From Syncephalis fuscata S228 (taxonomy: Eukaryota; Fungi; Zoopagomycota), in the NCBI GenBank assembly GCA_025786725.1, contig JAHLTZ010000001.1, forward strand, positions 868,001 through 932,000: a stretch of 64,000 nucleotides of DNA, read 5' to 3'. Below the pieces are notes generated by a model. That model was not told the origin of the DNA. It did no database searches and worked only from the letters and a program-made list of their open reading frames with translations. Made by a program: the position numbers and the translations under genes. Shown piece after piece: positions 1-11,514 of this stretch. How positions within the stretch are numbered: position 1 is the stretch's first letter; every line of letters begins with the position of its first letter.

Positions 1-827
1 TCATTCTTATTTTATTATTCAGGTCGCAGTGCTATGGTAAGTGTTTAGTAATGATTTATTTGCTTTATTAAACAATATTCAGATTCAAGATATGACAGGC
101 GAGGAATTAAATGGTGTTTGTAATTCTCTTACACCTATGGATCATCTAGTGACTGGCCAATTAGTAAATGCGGTAATTGTTTTATTATTGATTAATTTAT
201 TCACTTTGCTAATTGATAACTGTGTAGGATATCAATACGATTTTGGTTAAGCGTATTCCAGTTGGTGCTCGACTACTGGTACTTAATGATATAGTGACAC
301 CGGGCTCGCTTTGTGGCCTACCTACTGTTTATAAAGGGGATGGCAGTAAGCGTGGTGTGGTTAGTGATACGGCTGGTTTGGGTGCAATAGCCGCCACTGC
401 TGGTCTTAAGCTTCTTTTTGGTCTGGATGCCGGTGCTATGAATTCAGCTGGTAGGGGGGCTGCAAAAGCCGCTAAAGTAGCATATAGTAGGAATAAGCGT
501 CAATCTAATCGAGGAACACCGGCATTGGTTGTGGCTATTGGAAGGTAACGATAAACAGTAGACACAGTATCAATAGTACTAACTAATAATACCAATAATA
601 ATGGTAGAAAACCACCTAAAACGGCATCGAACGCTGCGGCTCAAGTGCCACCACCGCCACCTGGTACCGTGGCCCGTTTATTCATGGAGCTTTACCAATG
701 TAATCCGGTTCTTTCATACGAACAATTACGTGTCGGTATGATTCAGCAATTTATGACTCGTTATGGACATCGACCGGAATTCTCGTCAGGTAGTGATCTT
801 TTGTGGAGGGGACAGATTGTTATTTAA
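1..827 (+). CDS. Metacaspase (peptidase C14)-fold protein, 3' part (5' end outside window), apparently catalytically inactive. Exons 1-36, 83-172, 228-544, 608-827
   Basis: Splicing at GT..AG sites gives SFLFYYSGRSAM|IQDMTGEELNGVCNSLTPMDHLVTGQLVNA|DINTILVKRIPVGARLLVLNDIVTPGSLCGLP...TPALVVAIG...LSYEQL...YGHRPEFSSG...IVI*. This is colinear with fungal Mca1-type motifs (LFFHYSGHG; DGDExDG..IxPxD; LVKPLxxGxRLTAxFDSCHSG..LDLP; YSQKPQLSSS). Confidence 0.8.
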
Positions 828-1013
828 TAACAAACCAGTATAAATAAAATTGATATTAATTATTACAATTCAAATTCGCTTAATTCACTTATTAGTTATT
901 ATGTAATAAAATACTTAATTAACTAGTTCAAATTATGACCATAGATTTTGTATGGTAAAGCATCTAGTAATTAACATTATACTAATACGATGCATCCGGT
1001 TATATTTATTGCA

Positions 1014-2879
1014 TTAATAATTCTTATAGCCCACTAGGTTGATACGCTCAACCTTGGCCATAACCTGGGCTTCTTGATCGGACAAGTAGCGGTCCATCAA
1101 TTCTAGGTGGGCTTTTTCTTTTACACCGAGTATACGTACGGCAAGTAATCCGGCATTGGTGCTATTATTAATAGCTACTGTGGCTACTGGAATACCTCGC
1201 TATAAGTATTCATTATTAGTACTCATGTATATTATTATGTTATTATCGTATGCTTACAGGCATCTGAACAATAGAGTAGAGCGAATCAACACCATCAAGA
1301 CAGCTGCCTTTTACCGGTACACCAATGACTGGCAATGAAGTCTGAGCGGCCACCATGCCTGGTAGGTGTGCTGCTCCGCCAGCACCGGCTATAATGCATC
1401 GTAGCCCACGTTCGACTGCTGTACGTGCATACTCGGTAAGACGGCCTGGTGTACGATGGGCACTAACAATTGTCAGTTCAAATGGCACATCGAATTGTTC
1501 AAGTATTTCTGCAGCCGCTCTCATTACTGGCAAATCCGAGTCACTTCCCATAATAATGCCCACAACCGGCTGGCCACATGATGTAGGCGACGAGAACAGC
1601 GGTGTATTTAATTGTAGCATAGTCATGGCTGTCTCGGCGGATGCCTCTTCTGCGTCGGGTTCAGCTGCATCGAGTTCGCTAAGAATAGGTGCCATAGACG
1701 ATAGGATGCTGACCAAGCTGGAGCCTACTACAGTAATATGGCCCATCTTACGACCAGGTCTTAGTTCTGGTTTGCCGTAAAGATGAACAGTGGCGCCTGG
1801 TACATTTAGGGCAGCTTGTGTCGCACCAGTCATACCATTACTGCCTAGTAGATTAACCATAATGGCGGCGGGTACCTTTAAATCAGTACCGCCTAGTGGC
1901 AATCCAACAACGGCTCGTAAATGATTTTCAAACTGAGACGACTGGCATGCTTCAATAGTGTAATGGCCTGAATTGTGTGGTCTTGGAGCAATCTCATTAA
2001 CAAGGATTGAGTCTATATTGTAATGCAGTTACAAATAAGTACTGTAGTAAATAGCTAATCGTTATACTGACCATCTTTCATAAGAAATAGCTCTACACCA
2101 AATATACCTGCACCTTCAAGAGTAAGAACAGCTGCCTCGGCTACACGACGTGCCATATCAGCTACTTTTGTTGAAACCGGTGCGGGTGCCAATACTAAAT
2201 GACAGACACTACGCCGTTGAATCGTTTCAACTACCGGATAGCTTACGACTTTTCCATCTCGACTACGTACTACCATTACGGCTAATTCCTTGTTATAGTT
2301 TGCCCATCGCTCAGCGTAGATACCGCCGACACTGGCTGCATCTCCACCGCCCAAACTTGCATAGGCCGTACTACAGTTGTCTGCTGTATTCACTACCGCA
2401 TTACCGCGGCCATCATAAGCAAGTCGGCGTGCCTTTAGCATAAGTGGATAGCCAAATGAGTTACCAGCCTCTGCAACGGCATTTTCGTTAGTACAAGCAA
2501 AAAAGTCTGGCACGGGTACGCCATGTGATCGTAGATGCTCTTTTTGGCGCAGTTTATCCTGGATAAGCGCAATGGTTGCCGGCGTGGGCTGGACATCGAT
2601 TTTGCCGTTGGCAGTATCAGCTACTTCTTTTAGTGCCATCGTATCTACATGCTCAATTTCAACGGTAAGTACATCACAATGCGTCGCTAGTTGTTGAATT
2701 GCTTGTGGATCGGTGAATGGCGCGTCAATATGAGTGGTGTTGGCCAATAGCTGCTTAGCTGGCGCTTGTGGCAAAGGATCAAGTATATGCAGGGGAATTT
2801 GAAGACGGTGAGCCGCTTCAGCCATCATACGACCCAGCTGACCTCCTCCAAGTACGCCAACACGCTTACTCGAGATCAT
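1014..2879 (-). CDS. ADE2: Phosphoribosylaminoimidazole carboxylase (PurK ATP-grasp + PurE fusion). Exons 2879-2072, 2012-1258, 1199-1014
   Basis: Motifs [60 protein letters not shown] and VQMP|[16 protein letters not shown]. Two GT-AG introns restore one frame. Confidence 0.97.
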
Positions 2880-3403
2880 TATATATGGTTAGGTATATGA
2901 TATAGATATAGACAAATACACCAAGAGCGATAGAGCGGCGACAGGCTAGTCGAAACAAAAAGCTTAGCAAGAAAACCCGAAAATAAATCTGGCAATCTCA
3001 CCTTATCAGCATCTATCTAATCAGTATGCTAGTCACTTAGTCCCACTGTTATGGCGATAACTTGCATTAATTAACTTTTAATTACAAGTATTAACATTAT
3101 ACTAATTGTTAATTAGTGTAATTAGTGTAATTGCTCCCATTGATATCGGATACGTTAGCTTAACAACGAACATTGGTTACTTATTGCTATATAATTGTAT
3201 TGGCACCGAATAAAACGAATTATTGAACACATTGATGTTTATATTTATCGTATATTTTTATCAAACTACGTCACATTAAAGCTCTTTAGGTATACCACCA
3301 TTAATACTGTTCTGCATTTCCGTTGTAGCCGTTCTACATTTAATCTGATGTTTGTATAATTGGAAAAGCCAAGGGCTTTCGTTTTCGGTTTTCTGTGGCC
3401 GTC

Positions 3404-4675
3404 ATGGTTTCCTCGTCGCGGCCGCCGCCTATCTTTTACCACGGCACCTATCTATCCGCTTCTCCTTCTTCTTCTACCTCTATTTCTGCTGCTGCTACTG
3501 CTGCTGCTTCTTCTTCTTCTTCTAGCACTGCTTCACGGCCACAGGCTCAGGTGCCATATCGTCAATCATCCAAATATAGTGGTGTATACGATCCAATTAG
3601 TGGGCCTGCTGTAAAACGGCCAGTAACCTGTATCCAGCCGTTTCATTTGGTAGCACCACCATCACAATTACCACGACCATTAGCACCACGATTACCAGTG
3701 CCAGTATCATTGGCATCTCCGCCTCGACCGTCTATATTTTTTCACTCTTCTGCTGCTGCGTTTCCGCCTTCCTCTAATACTCCTTTGCATACTAGAACTT
3801 TATTTGAACTTCCATTTCCTCGATCGACAATGAGTATCCAACACCAGCATCCGCCACCCATGGCAGAGGCACATACTTATCCTCATGCAAATACAGGATA
3901 TAGCCACCCAGTACAACCACAGACGACTTATATGGGTAACGCCATGAGCTATCATAGTGGCGACCCATTAACCGGGCCACCAGCGGCTAAGCATAAAGGC
4001 AGTGCCTCCAAATCCTGCTGGACACGTAAGCGTCGACCATGCGGCAGATTGTGTCCGTGTTGCTGCTGTAGTTGCTGCTGCTGTTGCATTGTGTTGATTC
4101 TTCTAGCTATTGCTATTGGCATTACTACGTTTTTTGTATGGCCTCGCGTTCCACAGGTCGACCTACTTGAAATCAAGCCTATTACACTGCCATCAGGCAT
4201 GGATCTGGCATCCTCAATGCTAAATACAATAACAGGCAGTGGCCCGCTTTCATTTACGAGTGAGTGGCAACTTAAAGTGGCCGTTGATAGCCCCAACTAT
4301 ATTGGGTGGCATTTTGACAAAGTAACTGGTGAGTTGGTCGATCCTCCAACTGGTCGTGTTGTTGGCACGGGCAATCTTACCGATTTCACGCTGCCGGCCC
4401 GTACGAATACAACTGTCACGCTACCCGTGCAACTAGTCTACAAAGCAACGTCGTCAAATGATGCTAATAAGGAAAGCAGTGGTATAACTGGTGGCATACT
4501 AAGCAAGATAATGGATCCAATGCTGTCACGGGTCATTACCGCCTGCCAGCAAAAGACTAAAATCCCTATGACACTTAAACTATCATTTTTAGTGCCGGTC
4601 ATCCGATGGTTTGGTGTACCTCATATTGAGCGATCTATTTCCTTATCTTGTCCTTTCCAAATGCCTTCTCTGTAG
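3404..4675 (+). CDS. Type II membrane protein: Pro/Ser-rich N-tail, poly-Cys, one TM helix, LEA_2 (NDR1/HIN1-like) luminal domain
   Basis: First ATG at 3404 (3830 is an alternative start). CPCCCCSCCCCC, then a hydrophobic helix, WPRVP, VDSPNYIGWHF, GxG..F.LPAR.NT...LPV and a terminal ISLSCP. Two paralogs lie elsewhere in this window. Confidence 0.75.
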   Translation: MVSSSRPPPIFYHGTYLSASPSSSTSISAAATAAASSSSSSTASRPQAQVPYRQSSKYSGVYDPISGPAVKRPVTCIQPFHLVAPPSQLPRPLAPRLPVPVSLASPPRPSIFFHSSAAAFPPSSNTPLHTRTLFELPFPRSTMSIQHQHPPPMAEAHTYPHANTGYSHPVQPQTTYMGNAMSYHSGDPLTGPPAAKHKGSASKSCWTRKRRPCGRLCPCCCCSCCCCCIVLILLAIAIGITTFFVWPRVPQVDLLEIKPITLPSGMDLASSMLNTITGSGPLSFTSEWQLKVAVDSPNYIGWHFDKVTGELVDPPTGRVVGTGNLTDFTLPARTNTTVTLPVQLVYKATSSNDANKESSGITGGILSKIMDPMLSRVITACQQKTKIPMTLKLSFLVPVIRWFGVPHIERSISLSCPFQMPSL

Positions 4676-4999
4676 CATCCTTTTTTCATAGTTTTTTTTA
4701 AGTATAATAACTTTATATATCGATGCATATTACTCAATTTTAAATAAAAATAATTGTATCAACTACTTAATAGACTAATTGGGTTAATATTACTGTGTTT
4801 TTACTCAGTTTACTAAACATACTTAAAGCAGAAGCTAAATAAAAAACATATTATTTTTTTCAATTACTTTATATGTTAGAATGGTTGCAAAAACGACAAT
4901 AAAGAAGAGAGCCAAGTAATTTAGATAATAGATAGCAAAAGTTGATTGTGTGGCAATTTCCGTGATGCCAACTAATAACATGGCATATGTAGCAGTAAT

Positions 5000-5467
5000 C
5001 AAATGGCTACAATTAATAGTATTCAATCTATTGAACATGCTAGTTGATGGTAAGTGACATCAATCATCAAATACTCATCATTGTAGATTTATTATCCAGT
5101 ATGCATATATCCACCATTTACTTGCATTATTCCCATTCTATCTCACACTACTATATACCATTATATAATATACAGTCACATTCTATTTGCTATAAACTTC
5201 AAGTAGATATAAATAATGAGCTGAATTGGCCGACTTTTGTTAATAATAAAGCTAAAGCAAAAAGAACAATTGCAATAGCTAGCGCGTATATACTAGACAA
5301 TAAAACAGTATACAATATTAAGTGACAATTAGCTATGTCAAAGTTATTAAGCATATATGCATATTGGATAATGGATCTACGATTATGAGTATTTTGATGA
5401 TAGATGTCACTTACCATCACCCAGCATCATGTTCAATAGACTGAATATTATTAATTGTAGTCATTTG
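5000..5467. mobile_element. MITE-like non-coding element with ~110-bp imperfect terminal inverted repeats
   Basis: 5000-5110 (caaatggctacaattaatagtattcaatctattgaacatg...gatggtaagtgacatc...atgcatatat) is the approximate reverse complement of 5352-5467. A related copy lies at ~45665-45830. No clear target-site duplication. Confidence 0.65.
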
Positions 5468-6408
5468 TCTTCCAAAAAATAATAAATGTAATGATGTAAT
5501 GATTAATAAAACGCTTAATTACAAAAATAAAAATAAAACTTTATTAAAAATACAAAAAAGAAATGCAGTCTATATAACTGCTAAATTAATAAGAAATGGA
5601 TTAGCTAGATAATAGTATACGATTAAAGTTAGTGACAAATTATTAATTAAAATTACTACTTACCTTAATATCTTCTAACAAGATGTTAATTGAAAGCGCA
5701 CAAGCACGTGGTGTATTGCCAATAACTACATCTAAGGCTTTAATTTATTTAATAAATGGTTAATTGCTACAACATTAGTTACATCATAGCAATAGCAACC
5801 AGCTGATCAATACTATATTGTATAAACTAACGACTATACGACGCTATTATCAGTACCAGTAATGCTTCTATTTTTATTTTATATTTTATTTTTATACTCG
5901 AGTAATTATAAAACACGTATAATCATTTTAATGGTACATAATATACACCATTCCTATAAATCATATTCCACAACTGCTATTAATTTTATAGCTGTAAAAT
6001 CTATTTAATATAATGATTCATACTAGCTAATAATTTATTCTCCTCTACAATTACACTATATTAATACTAGTAAGCAATGAAAAGGCATGAATAGTAGTGG
6101 ACTTATTATATTTATATGCACACAATGAACAAGTAAAATAAAATGAGTTTTAAAAAAATCTAACAATAAGCATATGTTTTGCAAATAAAATATATACATC
6201 AAAAACATATACTAACACGTTTTATACAATGTATTAAGTAAATAATATTTATGGGTAATATTCTAATGATGAATAGCAATATTGACAATAATTCAAAGTA
6301 AATGAATGCTATATACATTAGAGCAGTAGAATACGCAAGTATATCCGTTATTTTGTAGCGATTGGAGTTGATGATAGTAGTAAAATAATAAATAATGGTT
6401 TTTTTAGA

Positions 6409-8279
6409 TTATTGACTGCTACAAGTGCTAGTTGTTATTTGCTGAAATTGGTTATTAAACTGCTCAATTATCTGCTGGGCTATGGCTCGACCAGAATCGG
6501 TAGCGTCAGCAGTGATGGCCAAGTAAATAGATTCATTACACGTCGATACAGTAATGCTCAGCTTTCCGGGTCCTATCGTTGGTGAGTGCACTAGCCAGGA
6601 CTGTACGCGATAGTACGGCAGCGTCTCTCCTTTTAAATACAAAAAACTGATATTTTCTTCATCTTTGACTGTTGTTGTGCTTGTGGAGGGTAGCAATACT
6701 TGAAGTTCACAATTTTCTGTATATTGATTCCATCTAATATTAAAAACATTAGTACTGTTTAGTAGCAATAATAAATTACGTACGCATTGAATGATTGCAT
6801 GTAAAATGCCGCCGGTGCTTGTTGGTGTGCTATTTGTCTATACTGACGAGCGGCTTCTAGACGATCAGTAGTAGAATTTACCCCCTTGCCAGATATATGA
6901 ACATATGCAGACTGTGTTTGATGAAAACTAAAACTGTTACTATCTTCACGCAATGATATAGGCAATTGCAGCAACCAATCACTTGCATCTTTGCCTGTGT
7001 TTAGTTCATTTGCCAAGCCTATTGACTGGATAGTATGTTGATTGGATCGAACAGATATGTATGCTTCTATAATACAGGCCAATATGACATCATTGATATC
7101 AGTATCTGGATAAGCATCACAAACAGTTTGTACAGCAGATAATGGAAGAGGGGTCGACCATCCGGTGTATTTGAGCTGTGATCGACGATTTATCCAAACC
7201 AATGGCTTTGTTTGAATTAAACGAATCCAATAGACTGATAGAAATGCTAATGAATACATAAGGCGGCACCAAGTGTAAATTATTTGAGTTACAGCTTGGG
7301 CTGTTTGATAGCTTGTTTGTAAGATTAGCGAGTGCCATGGTGTTGGTGCAAGTGTGCTGGCTACTGTATGAGTATCAGCTGATAAAGCACCATAAGATAA
7401 ACTTGTAAAGGTATTGTCCTTTAATAAAGTGCTTTTCTCATCACAATCAACATTAGGGGCAGTATCATTATTGGAGTTGATACTGTTCGCTGATAATGAC
7501 ATCGCAGTAGTAATTGTCTGGAGTAAACCTTCAATGTCCATGATACATTGATGAACGGCGAGTGCCATAATTGTTTGGTTTTCAAGGCCATGCATTAGTT
7601 GAACCCGCCATAACGGTAAATTAAAAGCGTGGTGGCGAGAGTGAAATTCACCGTAGCATGACTGAATTGCCGCTTGCTCACGATCCATTAAACTTGGATG
7701 CTGTGGCGAGGGTGGCGGCAGTAATAGCCATCTTTCTTCAATGTTGTCTCGAGGATGCCACTCTGGTAAGGCAGTTGTTTGTTCTGATGATGATGATGAT
7801 GGATATGGCTGATAGCTAATATCAGACCAATGAGCTAGACCACGCGTATGCCATCCATTATTTTCGCCTTCTTTGCAAGTACATTGGTGGCGATGGTACT
7901 GAGTTTTCATTGCAGTCACAGGAATTTGACGTAGACGAGGTTGTAAACGACAAATCAATTCCATTTGGTCGGCAACCACTGTCGGGCTGACTTGGCCTTC
8001 TAACCAAAACAATAGTGTGGTATAGCTATTACGTTCCGATGAATTGCTTCCTGTTGACAGCAAATTCAACTCTGTTGATGTCATTAACACCGAAGGTATG
8101 GCCTGATAATTGTCGCCATTCTCGTTAGTGCTGCCCACGCCATCAGTACTATTAATATCATTGGCAGTATTAATAGCGATAGTACCCTCTTTTTTCTTGC
8201 TACTATTGTATTTATCCAATTTCGGCGACGATGGTATTGGTTTAATACATAAATATCCATCAAAAACAATATCTCCCAT
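6409..8279 (-). CDS. Wax ester synthase/diacylglycerol acyltransferase (WS/DGAT)-fold protein with degenerate catalytic motif. Intron 6783-6734
   Basis: LPLWRVQLMHGL..MALAVHQCIMDI occupies the HHxxxDG position. Also DINDVILA, LPISLR, and C-terminal LYLKGETL...LSITVST...LAITAD. A 50-nt GTACGT..TAG intron joins the two ORFs in frame. The 5' end is uncertain. Confidence 0.7.
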
Positions 8280-9049
8280 TGTATAAATTGAATCACTGAC
8301 TAAAAAAACAAACAGCAAAAAAATAAAAAGGCTTGAATAATGAATGGTGCATATTACATTTAGCCAGTTTATTATTGTTTTTATTGTCTACAAGTGTTAG
8401 TGCCGTGCTGACCATCATGATGTTGAACTCAACACGTGAATAAGTCGTGATGTCAGGTGATTGAGAAATCCAGTTACATGTGAACATTAGCGCATGTTGT
8501 CGTCATCTGCTCTTTGTTGCAATTAAAAGCAAGCTTTCTCTTTTTTGTGATATTCTCGTTTTTATGCGTCTGATGATTGGTTTGATAGTAGTAGTGTTTT
8601 GTATATTGTAATCCATAACAAACAGTAAAACAAAAATTCCCAATGCTACTTAAATAGTATTCGAGTGTTTCCATTTTAGGTAACCATAATATCAGTACTA
8701 AAAGACAATTGGTTATATCAGAGTGAATATTGTTACCAAGCCATGCAGACTCTGTGCCATTTAAAGCAGTGCCTTCTTATTGAAAACGAGCATACCACGT
8801 GTGTAACGCGCAATCAAAATAAATCGGAGTCAATGGCGGCCATTTTAACAAGTCGGTGGCCAGTCTCATAAAAGCTGCGTTTTTATTATTATTCTCGTGT
8901 GTACCATTAACGTAACATTACTTTTTTACTTATAATACCATTTCTAACGATTAATACCGCAGTATTTTATAGTTACTGCAATATTTTAATTACTTTTATC
9001 AATTTCCTATAGACCGTATTATAACGAATAATACTTTTATTTTATTTAA

Positions 9050-9946
9050 ATGGCTAATGAAACACCATTAATTATTCTTAATCAAATGTCATCGTTATCG
9101 GATAAAAATGCAACGGTTTCGCAGCCGACATTTGAAGTCCAAGAGCAATTTAACTCGACTGTAATAGTAAACGATTACAATCATGAGATGGATATAATTG
9201 AAGGCTATCGGCAGACCGAAGAATCGACAGCCACTGAGACAGGTCACAAAGAAACTAATATGTCTACCTCGGCAGATTATGGTAACTATCTACAGTCGCT
9301 AGTCAGTCGTCAATATCCATATGCTACTACCGCATCAATAGCGCACTGGGATTCTTGGCACCTTGCAATTGATGACCATGCAGATAGGGTTTATTCTAGC
9401 AGGCAGCCATCGCATCATCCTTCAATGTCTTATTATGACTGTCAAGAGCCGAATGATATGCCTTCTTATGGGCCTTGTTTGACAACAAATTATGCGCAGT
9501 TTGATACAATTAACTACAAAAGATCTCAATCAGCTATTACAGCGCCAAATGCCATCATATCCTCGCCATATCTATCGACACCGCCACTAACGCCATGCTC
9601 GCCACAGCGTAACACTATATCTGTGCAACAAGCACAGTATTCAACACCCTATACTTCGCCGTCTTATGCCTCATCTACAACCATTGTTCCCCCTCCATTT
9701 CTAGGCATTTCCAAGGCAGTATCGCCTCAACAGATAGAGGCCTCCAAGCCTGTAATGCTACCGCCTATCTACAATGACAATAGCGAGAGAAAAACCTCAA
9801 ATCTTGAAGCTACCTATCATCCATGTTCCAGCTGCTTACCATCATTCTCAGTCTCGATTTGTTGTGTGTGTGCGATAGTCATACCAGTGCTGCTACTGTC
9901 AATCGCTCTTGTTGGTTTTTTTGTTGATTTTAGCTCTATCATTTAA
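9050..9946 (+). CDS. Uncharacterised Ser/Pro-rich protein with C-terminal Cys cluster and TM anchor
   Basis: 298-aa intronless ORF, GC-richer than its flanks, ending PCSSC...CCVCAIVIPVLLLSIALVGFFV. Confidence 0.65.
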   Translation: MANETPLIILNQMSSLSDKNATVSQPTFEVQEQFNSTVIVNDYNHEMDIIEGYRQTEESTATETGHKETNMSTSADYGNYLQSLVSRQYPYATTASIAHWDSWHLAIDDHADRVYSSRQPSHHPSMSYYDCQEPNDMPSYGPCLTTNYAQFDTINYKRSQSAITAPNAIISSPYLSTPPLTPCSPQRNTISVQQAQYSTPYTSPSYASSTTIVPPPFLGISKAVSPQQIEASKPVMLPPIYNDNSERKTSNLEATYHPCSSCLPSFSVSICCVCAIVIPVLLLSIALVGFFVDFSSII

Positions 9947-10254
9947 ATACCGCTTATAGTAATAACCGTGTCTTTATTTGATGCATATATTATTTGAACA
10001 CATAGATATTATATGGTACATTGTACGAATGAATTCACTAATAAAACTAATTATAATACATTTATCAATTGTATATGATATAAAAACTAGTAACATGCTA
10101 TGCTTGTGTATATATATATTGAACAAGCAAATGGACAATGGGTGCAAATTTACATGCGTAAATATAGATTATTGACAAAATTATTGTGTAATTATGCGCT
10201 GAAGCAAGCAGTTACCATATCACTTGATGTTTCGTGCAAAAAGACGAAAACAAT

Positions 10255-10385
10255 GAGTAACAATGATAATATGCTGATGATGACGATGGTGATGAGAGTA
10301 AGGATGATAATGGTGCTGATGATAGTAATAATAATGGTGATGAGAAATAAAAGGATGAATGATGATCGGTATGAGTGGATTATGG
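10255..10385. repeat. Degenerate (TGA/TAA)n trinucleotide low-complexity tract
   Basis: gatgatgacgatggtgatg...gataatggtgctgatgatagtaataataatggtgatg. Confidence 0.6.
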
Positions 10386-11094
10386 TAATAGACACCGCAA
10401 AGTTTGACATAGCCGTAATGGAGGCATAGAACGCAGCGCAAAATACAAAGGAAAATGGACATAAAGGTCGCTAATAAAATGCACACAAAACATCACACAA
10501 ATAACAAACAACAGACAAACAAACAGACAAATAACTTTACAAATAAACAAGTGCTAGATGCATAGACAAACAAATAAGTGTGCAAAAATAACTATTAGCT
10601 TGTCAATAACTATATCGGCCAACAGTCGTAGCACTAGCATTTGTGTTACTTGTAAATCGTCGTATCCAGTGTAATTAATCGGAAAGCTTGGTACTTTAAA
10701 ATGCTCAACATCGTAATTGTCGTAACGCTTGCAAATAAAAAAGCGTGTGGATGCCTTAAAAAGCAACTGATAACTACAATGATAGACAGATGGTATTACT
10801 GTACATCTGGCACAATATAAAGTCTAATAGTAAATTAAACTGCTATCGACCAGATGAACAACAATTATTTGTCCAGTCAATAAAGAACAGATTGGATGCT
10901 AGTAATAGACGAGAAAAACGTGAATGCTGCGCGTCAAAAATAAACGCGTTAACTTGTAAAAGGAAAGTGGCGATATAAGCGTGGATGTGTGCAAGGGGTA
11001 AAACAAAGCGCGAATAGAAAAGTGCAGCCATTGCTCAAGCACTGACGTGGCTTGTGGATATGCGTGTGTTGAGATGGAAAGACGGACGAAGGAA

Positions 11095-11145
11095 GAAAGA
11101 GAGGTAGAGAGAGGTAGAGAGGTAGAGAGAGAGAGAGAGAGATAG
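11095..11145. repeat. (GA)n / GAGAGGTA microsatellite downstream of the RFX gene
   Basis: gaggtagagagaggtagagaggtagagagagagagagagagatag. Confidence 0.85.
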
Positions 11146-11514
11146 AATAAAAGATAAAAAGGTTGAAATGGATGGCGATAAAGTGGGATAAAGGAATAAG
11201 AGAAAGTAGAGAGGTGAGAGTATTTGAAAGCAATGACTAGCATTTACCAATGTTGTTTTTATGCTGATATAATTGAAAGACAAAAAACAGGTCATTCCAG
11301 CTGCTTAGTAACTTCGTTATGCAGATTTATATCAATATCTGTTAACGTAGATTTAGAAAGAAGAAAGAAAATGAAAAGAAGAGTTATGTTTAAAGAGTAT
11401 ATATATATATATGCTACAAATGAAATGAAGAATAGTACGCGAGAGTCAACGCGTTAAAAAGAAATGGTGCCATAACTTTGGCTGAGTCATAGGGAAAATA
11501 GTAGGAGAAGAAAT

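Noticed and set aside
1355-2443. Plus-strand ORFs overlapping ADE2, and similar antisense ORFs over the AKR, LRR and LEA_2-like genes
   Set aside because: Shadow ORFs of real genes on the opposite strand or in another frame.
10100-11457. Multiple 60-115 aa ORFs with poly-Met/Ile/His or SLSL runs
   Set aside because: They are translations of microsatellites and low-complexity DNA downstream of the RFX gene, with no coding signature.
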